DNA from: Candidatus Spongiisociaceae bacterium
GTDB taxonomy: Bacteria; Actinomycetota; Acidimicrobiia; Spongiisociales; Spongiisociaceae
Assembly: GCA_965202665.1 (NCBI GenBank)
Contig: OZ241841.1
Coordinates: 1,248,001-1,312,000 of the forward strand
Length of the DNA stretch: 64,000 nucleotides
Direction of reading: 5' to 3'
Shown here: positions 29,113 through 37,484 of the stretch, one piece after another
Layout: the number at the start of each line of letters is the position of its first letter
Position numbering within the stretch: position 1 is the first letter of the stretch
The notes under the pieces: model-generated
Database searches by the model: none
What the model saw: the letters and a program-made list of their open reading frames with translations, nothing else
What the model was told of the DNA's origin: nothing
Program-made: the position numbers and the translations under genes

Positions 29113-29208
29113 CGTACCATCTCCTTCAGTCTCCACGACGCAACCTGCGCCCACTCCGCCCGGAACCAAACCCCGGCCCCGGTCGGCGATTCTTCGCCGA
29201 TGGAACAC

Positions 29209-29230
29209 AAGATAGGAACCGCCTGTGACA
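29209..29230 (-). promoter_or_regulatory. RecA-NDp / PafBC-type DNA-damage promoter of recA
   Basis: Minus strand reads TGTCAC-AGGCGGTTCC-TATCTT, matching the spacing of the actinobacterial TGTCRG-N10-TAnnnT motif with one mismatch in the TGTCRG hexamer. Confidence 0.65.
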
Positions 29231-29436
29231 AAAACGGGGGCGGGTTTAGGTTGCGAGGATTTTCGTTCAGAGCGGAGAGGGCGGGCGAGGCTTGGATGCG
29301 TGGTTTTTATGACCTCACGGCAAGCAATCTGGCGGGGGCCAGGAAGATACATATTTCTCGCTTTTGGTGTGAAATGGTGGGGGATAATGCGGTATAGTTG
29401 ACAAAATGTTACATATATATCTCATATAGGAGGGTG

Positions 29437-29655
29437 ATGACTCCCAAGGAAATCGGAACCGAAATACGGCGCCAGCGGCAACGTTTGCGTCTCACCCAGG
29501 AGGATGCGGCCGACTTGGCGGAGGTGAACCGCCGGCTGATATCGGAAGTGGAGCGGGGACTGGCCTCCGTTTCCTTGCGCAACCTGATCGCCGTCTGCGA
29601 TGCGGTGGGGTTGGAACTTGCCTGCCGTCCCCGCCGGCCCGGAAGGCGGCTTTGA
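29437..29655 (+). CDS. hipB: HipB-like XRE antitoxin
   Basis: IGTEIRRQRQRLRLTQEDAADLAEVNRRLISEVERG HTH; AGGAGG RBS; TTGA overlap with hipA. Confidence 0.8.
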   Translation: MTPKEIGTEIRRQRQRLRLTQEDAADLAEVNRRLISEVERGLASVSLRNLIAVCDAVGLELACRPRRPGRRL

Positions 29656-30807
29656 CTTTGGACCCGGCGGAGTTCAAAAGGATGGAGGCGGCGGATGTTT
29701 TCTGCGGCGGCCAACGGGCGGGACAGTTGCGGCGCCGGGAAGAACACATTGAGTTCTCCTACCTCCCCGACTACTTGAGTATGGGGGGGCGGGCGGCGGC
29801 GGTCACCCTCCCCCTGCGGGAAGAACCCTATCGTTCGCCGGGCGGAATGGTTCCCGCCTTCTTCGCCGGGTTGCTGCCGGAAGGGGTGCGCCTGCAGGCG
29901 GTGATAGAAGCCGTCAACACCTCCCCCGACGATGAGTTGTCCCTGTTGCTGGCGGTGGGCGGAGATACGGTGGGGGCGGTGACGGTGGTTCCGGCGGGCG
30001 GGCAACCCCGGGATCCCGCCACGGAACCGGAGGCCGGCCACCCTGCCCGGCGTGCAGGAAAAACTGTCCGACGCCCTCATTTCTTTTCCGGTCAAGGCCG
30101 GAGAGGGACCCGCCATCTTGAAACTGTCCCCGGATCGCTATCCGCAACTGGTGGAAAACGAGGCTTTCTTCCTGAAAATGGCCGAGTCGTGCGGCCTGCG
30201 CGTCCCGCCGCACCGGATAGTGAAAGACCACTCCGGGGCTTCCGGCCTGCTGGTGGAACGGTTCGACCGGCTCCGAACGGCGGGGCGGGTGGTGCGCCTG
30301 CCCCAGGAGGACGCCTGCCAGTTGATCGGGCGGCGGCCGGTTGACAAATACCGTCTTTCCCTGCGGGAGGTGGCCGGAGCGGTGACGGAGGCGGTGGCGG
30401 CCCCGGCGGTCGCCATCCTGGAACTGACATTGTTGACCGCCTTCTCCTATCTGATCGGCAACGGGGATTGCCACGGCAAAAACGTAAGCGTGCGCTGGCT
30501 GCCGGAGGAGCGGATGGCGGAGGTGACCCCGATGTACGACCTGCTGTCCACCGCCCCCTATGGCTTGGACGACCGGCTGGCCCTGCCCATGGACGGACGC
30601 GACAACCGGATATGGGGGAAAGACTTGGTCCGGTTTGCCGAAACCTGGGAGATCCCGGCTCAGCTGGTGCGGCGCAAACTGGAGAACATGTTGCAACGGG
30701 CGGAGCCCTGGCCGGAACGGGTGGGGGAAATCGGGCTTGCCGCCTCCGCTGCGGAGCGGCTGGCCCGGACTATGCGCTCCCGGATGGAGGAACTAAAAAC
30801 CTTTTAG
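29652..30807 (+). pseudogene. hipA: HipA family Ser/Thr kinase toxin, frameshifted near 30030-30045
   Basis: N-domain (FFAGLLPEG, GGDTVGAV) in one frame; kinase core (TLPGVQEK, ILK, NEAFFL, VERFDR, QEDACQ, GNGDCHGKN, PMYDL) in the +1 frame. Confidence 0.75.
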
Positions 30808-31196
30808 CCGAGCAAATCGGTGGGGTCCATAACCTTTTGGCGCACCACGATCTCCCGGCGGGAAAGTTGCGGCTCGCGCGCCGTCTGCTCGGATTCGGCC
30901 AGCTTGCGGCGCAGGCGGCGCACCTCGGCCCGCAGGGCGGTGTTTTCGGCGTCCAACAGCAGAATCCGTTTCACGCCCTCCAGGTTCACCCCGGCCCCGG
31001 TCAACTCCGAAATAAGGGCCAGCCGTTGCAGGTCGGCCTCCGAATAACGGCGGGTGCCGCCCGGGGTGCGGAACGGTTCGATCAGCCCCCGGCGTTCGTA
31101 GATGCGCAAAGTCTGCGGGTGCATGCCCGACAGGGAGGCCGCCACCGAAATGACGTACACCGCCTCCGCTTCCTTGGACATCCTTCTTTTAGCCAT
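30804..31196 (-). CDS. hspR: MerR-family heat shock repressor HspR
   Basis: VYVISVAASLSGMHPQTLRIYERRGL.P.RTPGGTRRYS; last gene of the dnaK operon. Confidence 0.93.
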   Translation of the reverse strand: MAKRRMSKEAEAVYVISVAASLSGMHPQTLRIYERRGLIEPFRTPGGTRRYSEADLQRLALISELTGAGVNLEGVKRILLLDAENTALRAEVRRLRRKLAESEQTAREPQLSRREIVVRQKVMDPTDLLG

Positions 31197-31208
31197 AGCC
31201 GCCTTCCT

Positions 31209-32330
31209 TTAGTCGTCCGATTTCTTCCCGCGCCGATGCGAACCGGCTCCCCCTCTCTCAAAGCGTTCCCGAAACTCTTCCAACATTTTGCGGGCCGCCC
31301 GGGGCAGTTTGGCGGGCACGGTCACCTCCGCCTCCACCAACAGGTCCCCTTGATGCCCCGAGGCGCGCGCCACCCCCTGGTTGCGGATTCGGAAAATCCG
31401 CCCCGCGGGGGTTCCGGCGGGAATCTTCAAAGTCACCGAACCGTTCAGGGTGGGGGCCTGAACTTTTGCCCCTAAGGCGGCGTCGGTGAAAGACAACGGC
31501 AGTTTCATATGCAGGTCGTTCCCGCGGCGGGTGAAAAGGGGATGCGGCTCCACCTGTACGTTTACCAGCAGGTCGCCGGGCGGGCCGCCGCCGGAACCGG
31601 GGGCCCCTTTGCCCGGCAAGCGGATTCTGCCGCCGTCTTTCACCCCGGCCGGGACTTTCACGTTGATGCGGCGGGTGCGCCGTTGCCGGCCCGAACCCCG
31701 GCAGGTAACGCACGGCTTGGTGACCAACTGTCCGGAGCCCCGGCAATGAGGGCAGGGATCGGCGAAGGAGAACACTCCCTGGTTGGAGGAGACCGTACCC
31801 TCCCCGCCGCAGGGCCGGCACTGCTCCACCTGCGAACCCGGTTCCGCCCCCCGCCCCCGGCAACGGACGCAAAGGGCCTCCCCGTAGGCTTCTACGGAAG
31901 TGGTGGTTCCTTTGATGGCGTTTTCAAACGAGAGGCGAAGGTCGGCGGTCTGGTCTTCTCCCGCTCGGCGGCGGCTGTTGCGGCGACCGAAGTTGCTGAA
32001 AAAATCTCCCAGGTCGGGCCCCCCTTCGCCGAAAAGGTCCTCCACCCGCACCCGCCGCCCCCGGTAACCCCCACCGGCCCCGAAGCCGCTGAACGCCCCC
32101 GCGCCCAAGTCCCGCACCTGGTCGTATTCTTGGCGTTTCTCCGCGTCCGACAGCACCGCGTAGGCTTCTGAAACTTCCTTGAACCGCTCGGCTGCGGCAT
32201 CGCCCGGGTTGGTGTCCGGATGAAGTTCTTGGGCCAGCCTGCGATAGGCCTTTTTGATTTCTTCTTCGTCCGCCTCCCGGTCTACGCCCAGCAGCTGGTA
32301 GAAGTCCCGCTCCAGCCAGTCGCGATTCAC
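31209..32330 (-). CDS. dnaJ: chaperone DnaJ
   Basis: J-domain HPD, G/F region, four CxxCxGxG repeats, C-terminal domain. Confidence 0.96.
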   Translation of the reverse strand: MNRDWLERDFYQLLGVDREADEEEIKKAYRRLAQELHPDTNPGDAAAERFKEVSEAYAVLSDAEKRQEYDQVRDLGAGAFSGFGAGGGYRGRRVRVEDLFGEGGPDLGDFFSNFGRRNSRRRAGEDQTADLRLSFENAIKGTTTSVEAYGEALCVRCRGRGAEPGSQVEQCRPCGGEGTVSSNQGVFSFADPCPHCRGSGQLVTKPCVTCRGSGRQRRTRRINVKVPAGVKDGGRIRLPGKGAPGSGGGPPGDLLVNVQVEPHPLFTRRGNDLHMKLPLSFTDAALGAKVQAPTLNGSVTLKIPAGTPAGRIFRIRNQGVARASGHQGDLLVEAEVTVPAKLPRAARKMLEEFRERFERGGAGSHRRGKKSDD

Positions 32331-32346
32331 AGCCCGCCCCCGCCGG

Positions 32347-33255
32347 TCAGTCTTTGCCTACCGGCGTCTCCCCCTCCTCCGGCCCGCCGCCGACCTCCGC
32401 CACCCCCGAAACAGAACCGTCCGGCGGCACAACCGCCCCATCTCCAACATCCACCGCATCCGGCTGAACCGCATCCTCCGCCAGCGACTCCGCAGTGTCC
32501 TCCCCATTCGTCGAGGAGGCGGACCCCACCTCCACCTCGGCGGGTCGTAGTAGCTTACCGCTCTGATACCGGTAGCCGCGCCGTAACTCGGCTTTCACCA
32601 CATCACCGGATCCCTCCGCTATCAGCGCGTCATGCACCGTTGGGTCGAAAGGCATTCCCAGTGTTGCATCCACCAGGGTTAACCCTTCGCGCTTCAAAAC
32701 TTCCAGCAACAGGTGGCGTACGCCCTCCATCCCTTTCCGCATGGATTCCGTGGTACTGATCTCGACTTTCAAGGCTGAATCTAAGGCATCCAAAATAGGA
32801 ACCAATTCCAGCATCAACCGCTCCGAGGCCTCTTCCTTAGACTTGTGCCTGTCCCGGTCCACGCGTTTGCGGTAATTTTTGTAATCGGCGGTCGTTTGCA
32901 CCCAATTACCCTTCATCTCGTCCCGCTCGTTGCGCATCTCGATAAAAGCCTTGGCCAACTCACGGACAGCCTCCGCCGCCGCCTTCGCCTTGCTGATCTC
33001 TTCAGGAACAGGTTCCTCCACCGACTCAACTTCCTTTGAGGCCTGCTCATTTGCCTCAGCCTCCACCGTTAACCCCTCAGATGGCACTGAAGTCTGCTCT
33101 GCTGTCCCTTCTGCCTCGGCCCGGGGTTGCTCAACCGACTCCGCCTCCTCTACCTGCCCCTCGGTCGTTGTCATGTGGTCCTCGGAGGGGACGGGCGGGG
33201 CCTCCCCCTCCGCCGCGGGGGGACCGCCCCGGCGGGATTTCTTTCTGCCCTTCAT
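32347..33255 (-). CDS. grpE: nucleotide exchange factor GrpE (long acidic extensions)
   Basis: [29 protein letters not shown]...LLRPAEVEV; ATGA overlap with the dnaK stop. Confidence 0.88.
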   Translation of the reverse strand: MKGRKKSRRGGPPAAEGEAPPVPSEDHMTTTEGQVEEAESVEQPRAEAEGTAEQTSVPSEGLTVEAEANEQASKEVESVEEPVPEEISKAKAAAEAVRELAKAFIEMRNERDEMKGNWVQTTADYKNYRKRVDRDRHKSKEEASERLMLELVPILDALDSALKVEISTTESMRKGMEGVRHLLLEVLKREGLTLVDATLGMPFDPTVHDALIAEGSGDVVKAELRRGYRYQSGKLLRPAEVEVGSASSTNGEDTAESLAEDAVQPDAVDVGDGAVVPPDGSVSGVAEVGGGPEEGETPVGKD

Positions 33256-35099
33256 CGGTCATCCTCCTCTACTATTTCCGCCTCAACCACGTCCTCGTCG
33301 TCAACGGGGGCCGCACCGCCCTCCGGGTAGGCCTGCGCAGAGTCGGCGTAGATTTTCTCCCCCACCACTTGGGAAGCGGTCAGCACCGCCTCCAATTTCT
33401 CTTGGATGTCGGCGGCGGTTGCCGACTCGGCGGCGGCGGCCGCCTTTAGGGAATCCAGCGACTTGTTGATAGTTTCTTTCTCCGCCTTGTCCAACTTGCC
33501 GCCGTGCTCCTCCAAGAGTTTTTCGGTGCGGTGCACCATCTGCTCCGCCCCGTTGCGGGCTTCCGCCAACTCCCGCCGTTTCTGATCTTCAGCCGCATAT
33601 TGCTCGGCGTCCCGAATCATGCGGTCGATTTCATCTTTGGGGAGTTTGGTGCCGCCGGTGATGGTCACGGCCTGCTCCCGGCCGGTGCCTAGATCCTTAG
33701 CGCTCACCTTTACGATGCCGTTGGCGTCGATATCGAAAGTGACCTCGATTTGGGGTACGCCCATGGGGGCAGGGGGAATTCCGGTCAGATTGAACTTGCC
33801 CAGGCTCTTGTTGCCCGCCACCATCGGCCTCTCCCCCTGCAGAACGTTAATCTCCACTTCCGGCTGGTTGTCGGAGGCGGTGGTGAACACCTCCGACCGC
33901 TTGGTGGGAATGGTGGTGTTGCGCTCGATCATCTTGGTCGTCACCCCGCCTTTGGTTTCGATGCCCAAAGTGAGGGAGGTCACATCCAGCAACAGTATGT
34001 CCTTTACGTCCCCGCTCAGCACCCCCGCCTGCAGGGCCGCGCCGATTGCCACCACCTCATCGGGGTTCACCGTCCGGTTGGGCTCTTTGCCAGCCAACTC
34101 CTCCACTATCTCCTGGATGGCGGGCATACGAGTAGAGCCGCCCACCAACAAGAACTCGTCGATATCCGCCCTTTTGATCCCGGCGTCCTCGATGGCCTTG
34201 TTGAAGGGGCCCCGGGTGCGTTCCACCAGGTCGGCGGTTAGGCGCTGGAACTCGGCCCGGGTGATCTTCTGTTCCAGGTGCAGGGGTCCGGCCGCGTTGG
34301 CGGTGATGAATGGCAGGTTAACCGTCGTCTCCGGGACGGAGGACAGCTCGATTTTGGCTTTTTCGGCCGCCTCTTTCAGCCGTTGCAAGGCTTGCAGGCC
34401 CTGGGAGGAGGACCTGTCGGCCGATAAATCCACCCCCTGCTCCTTTTTGAAAGAGTCCACTAGAAACTGGATCAAGGCCTCGTCCCAGTCATCACCGCCC
34501 AGTTGCGTGTCCCCGCTGGTGGATTTGACTTCGAACACCCCATCGGCGATTTCCAACACCGACACGTCGAAGGTGCCTCCGCCCAAGTCATACACCAGGA
34601 TAGTCTGCTCGATGTTCTTGTCGCCCTTGCCCAACTCGAAGGCGAGGGCGGCGGCGGTGGGCTCGTTGACGATGCGCAACACTTCCAAGCCGGCGATTTG
34701 GCCCGCCTCTTTGGTGGCCTGACGTTGGGCGTCGTTGAAATAGGCGGGAACGGTAATCACCGCCTCTTTGATGTTCGTTCCCAGATGAGCTTCGGCGTCC
34801 CGCTTCAGTTTCATCAGGATGAGGGCCGACACCTCCTGGGCGGTGTAGGTTTTGCCGCGCGCTTTGATGGTCCAGTCGGTTCCCATATCCCGCTTTACGG
34901 AGCGCACGGTGAATTCGGGGTTGACCACCGCCTGTCTTTTGGCCACATCCCCCACCAAGAGCTCGCCGTCCTTGTTCCACGCCACCACCGACGGGGTGAG
35001 GCGGTCGCCTTCGGCGTTGGGGATGATGGTGGGCTCGCCGGCTTCCATCACCGCGATCACGCTGTTGGTGGTTCCCAGGTCGATTCCTACGGGCTTCAT
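33252..35099 (-). CDS. dnaK: chaperone DnaK (Hsp70)
   Basis: [40 protein letters not shown]. Confidence 0.98.
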   Translation of the reverse strand: MKPVGIDLGTTNSVIAVMEAGEPTIIPNAEGDRLTPSVVAWNKDGELLVGDVAKRQAVVNPEFTVRSVKRDMGTDWTIKARGKTYTAQEVSALILMKLKRDAEAHLGTNIKEAVITVPAYFNDAQRQATKEAGQIAGLEVLRIVNEPTAAALAFELGKGDKNIEQTILVYDLGGGTFDVSVLEIADGVFEVKSTSGDTQLGGDDWDEALIQFLVDSFKKEQGVDLSADRSSSQGLQALQRLKEAAEKAKIELSSVPETTVNLPFITANAAGPLHLEQKITRAEFQRLTADLVERTRGPFNKAIEDAGIKRADIDEFLLVGGSTRMPAIQEIVEELAGKEPNRTVNPDEVVAIGAALQAGVLSGDVKDILLLDVTSLTLGIETKGGVTTKMIERNTTIPTKRSEVFTTASDNQPEVEINVLQGERPMVAGNKSLGKFNLTGIPPAPMGVPQIEVTFDIDANGIVKVSAKDLGTGREQAVTITGGTKLPKDEIDRMIRDAEQYAAEDQKRRELAEARNGAEQMVHRTEKLLEEHGGKLDKAEKETINKSLDSLKAAAAAESATAADIQEKLEAVLTASQVVGEKIYADSAQAYPEGGAAPVDDEDVVEAEIVEEDDR

Positions 35100-35366
35100 C
35101 GTTTGGCTTTCCTTTCTGATGGTTTCATCTGTTTCCGGTTTATTATGCCTTGCCGGTGCGACAAACTACCAAACGCGCGGGTTGGACGCCTTGCTATTTT
35201 AGCATATCTGATAGTTATAACCTTAGTCAATCCGTATCATATTCCCCACTCGTTCGCTGTTTACAATCTGAGCAGTTGGATGGTGAACACAACTCCGGCT
35301 ACTCCGATGGCCGCTAGCAGGGCCAACACCATAATTACGGTGCCCGGACGCACAGCCGCAACCGAT

Positions 35367-36341
35367 TTAGGCCTCGGCGGGGGTTTCGCCTTCGGCGGCG
35401 TCCCCCTCCGGGTCGGCCAAACCGCAATCGACCACCGCCTCCGCCGGGTCCTGGCCGCCGAACACCACCCGCTCATAGAAGACCACCGCCGTCAGTTCCT
35501 CCTCGGTCAGGTTGTCGAAGGAGGGCATCTGCCCGCCCGCTCCCACCGGTTTGCCGGTGTCGCCGTAGGTGGTGCGGTTGGCCGCCTCGAAACCGGTGGT
35601 GCCCAGCCGCACCCATTCCAAATGGTCGACGCACATGGAGAAGGTGGACAGCACCGCTCCGGCCAAAGCGGGGCCGGTGCCGCCTCCGCCGCCCGCCCCA
35701 TGGCAGGATTCGCAACTGGAAGCGGCGGCGTATACGGCCTGCCCTTGGCCGACAACCGCTCGGACGTCCACTCCCCCCGCCCCGCCGGCGGCCGCGAATT
35801 CGGAGCCGTCGCAATTCTCCACCTCCCCAGTGAGCCGATCCACCGCCAACTGGCCGCCCTCCCCGCAAGTGGGCCCGCCCGCGAAACTGATCAGGTAGGT
35901 GAGGCCCACCAGCGGCACCACCGCGAACAACAAACCCAGCCAGCGGGGAACGGTCGCCGACACCCTTTCCAGAATTCCGGCGACGGGGGCGGTCACCACC
36001 GCCTCGTAGTCGCCCGCTTCGGCCAAACCCACCCGCTCCGGAGCCGGGGGCCCGGCCGCAACGGCCGCCGCAGCCGGGGCGGGGGCGGCGGGAACGGGGG
36101 CGGCGGACGGGGCCGGGGCGGACTCCGTTGCGGCGGCGGTCTCCTCGGGAGCGGGAGCGGATGGGGCTGGCGCCGACTCCGCCGGAGCGGGGCCGGCGGG
36201 GGCCGGGGCTCCGCCCGCCCACGCCGTCAAAATCTCCTCCACGGTCACCCCGGCGGCGGCCGCCCGGGCGGCGGCGGAACGTTCCACCAGGGATTCGGGG
36301 GCTTCCATAGCGGCCGCGGCGGCGGCCAGCAGTTCGCTCAT
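35367..36341 (-). CDS. membrane-anchored monoheme cytochrome c with conserved N-terminal module and Ala/Pro linker
   Basis: One TM helix, CESCH heme motif, GPAL, distal QMPSF Met; four additional Cys; ATGA overlap with the ccoO-like stop. Confidence 0.85.
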   Translation of the reverse strand: MSELLAAAAAAMEAPESLVERSAAARAAAAGVTVEEILTAWAGGAPAPAGPAPAESAPAPSAPAPEETAAATESAPAPSAAPVPAAPAPAAAAVAAGPPAPERVGLAEAGDYEAVVTAPVAGILERVSATVPRWLGLLFAVVPLVGLTYLISFAGGPTCGEGGQLAVDRLTGEVENCDGSEFAAAGGAGGVDVRAVVGQGQAVYAAASSCESCHGAGGGGGTGPALAGAVLSTFSMCVDHLEWVRLGTTGFEAANRTTYGDTGKPVGAGGQMPSFDNLTEEELTAVVFYERVVFGGQDPAEAVVDCGLADPEGDAAEGETPAEA

Positions 36342-37144
36342 TTCAGCTCCGTCAGATAGGCGGCCAGCGTCTCCAAGTCGCGGGCCGACAGGTAAGCGTA
36401 GGAGGGATGGAGGGCGCCGGGGGCGGCCTCGCCGGGATTAACCAGGAAATTAATTACGCCGGAGGCGGCGAGCGTCCCTTCCTCGGCCCCGTAACCGGGA
36501 CGGGCCCCCACTTTGGACAGGTCGGGCCCCAAGCGGCGAATCCCGAAACTGGCGTTTTTCAGGGAATCGGAGTAGGTCTCAGTCGCCGGACCCAGCCCTA
36601 CGTCGGCCAGCACCGGACGCACCAGCTGGGTGTGGCAGTACCAACATCCTTCCCGCAGATAGACGTCCCGTCCCGCCTCCGCCGCGCCGCTCAACACCGG
36701 ATCCCCCACCAAGTGGGTGAAGTCGCCTCCGGTGCGGGCCGGGATGGCCATGGCGACGATCACCGCCGTGGCAAACAAACCCAAAACCGCCAGCCAGACG
36801 GCCAACGGGCGGAAAGGCCGTCCCTCCAAGATGGGGGTGGCCCGGCGGCGGGCGGCCGGAGCGGGAGCGGCCGCCGGAGCGGACACGGCGACGGGCGCAG
36901 GAGGGGCGGGGGCGGCCGGGGCGGGAGCGGGGGAGGTGGCGGGTTCGGCGGACGGGGGCGGGGCGGAAACTTCTTTGGCGGGGGGGGCCGGGGCGGCGGC
37001 GGGCATGGGAGCGTCACCCGCCCAGGCCGCCAACACCTCCTCCGTGGTGGAACCGGCGGCGGCCGCCCGGGCCGCGGCCGAGCGTTCCACCAGATGCTCG
37101 GGAGCTTCCAGCGCGGCGGCCGCGGCCGCCAAACGATCACTCAT
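36338..37144 (-). CDS. cbb3-type oxidase subunit II (CcoO/FixO)-like cytochrome c, axial Met replaced by His
   Basis: GRDVYLREGCWYCHTQLVRP, RRLGPDLSKVGAR, NP...PGALHPSY. Start at MSDRLAAA (37144), not the 37480 ORF start. Confidence 0.85.
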   Translation of the reverse strand: MSDRLAAAAAALEAPEHLVERSAAARAAAAGSTTEEVLAAWAGDAPMPAAAPAPPAKEVSAPPPSAEPATSPAPAPAAPAPPAPVAVSAPAAAPAPAARRRATPILEGRPFRPLAVWLAVLGLFATAVIVAMAIPARTGGDFTHLVGDPVLSGAAEAGRDVYLREGCWYCHTQLVRPVLADVGLGPATETYSDSLKNASFGIRRLGPDLSKVGARPGYGAEEGTLAASGVINFLVNPGEAAPGALHPSYAYLSARDLETLAAYLTELK

Positions 37145-37484
37145 CCCCGCCTCCCCCGGCCCCGCCGCGTAGCCGGGACTCTGAGATAAACGGACGCCGC
37201 CGACCCGCCCTCGCAAAAGTTCTGCGCCGCCCGCCCCGGAAACCGCAACCGCCGAAACGTCGCTCACCCCCCGCCGCCCCGCTGTCACACCCAACACGGC
37301 CAACGCCCCCGCCGGATGCGGCACGGCACCGATGCCGCGCAACGCACGCACCGACAACCCGGCCCCCGGCGACCGGTCCCCGGCGACCGCCTCGCGCCGT
37401 CCGGAGCCCGGGAGCGCCCGCCCCGGAAACCGCAGGCGCCGAACGTTGCGCCGGGCTCGCCGCGGCCGCCGACGGATCACTCAT
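37121..37484. repeat. 340-nt duplicated/inserted segment between the ccoN-like and ccoO-like genes (possible coupled 115-aa ORF 37137-37484)
   Basis: CGCGGCCGCC-N4-GATCACTCAT at 37121-37144 and 37461-37484; identical 20-mer CGCCCGCCCCGGAAACCGCA at 37228-37247 and 37415-37434. Confidence 0.55.

Noticed and set aside
29200-29220. GTTC-N9-GTTC direct repeat upstream of recA as a LexA box
   Set aside because: The spacing does not fit the GTTC-N7-GTTC type, and it is not the actinobacterial palindromic SOS box.
29652-30807. Functional tripartite HipBST system
   Set aside because: The first ORF overruns the second by ~290 nt with junk sequence, and the second would start inside the P-loop without an RBS; a frameshift is more parsimonious.
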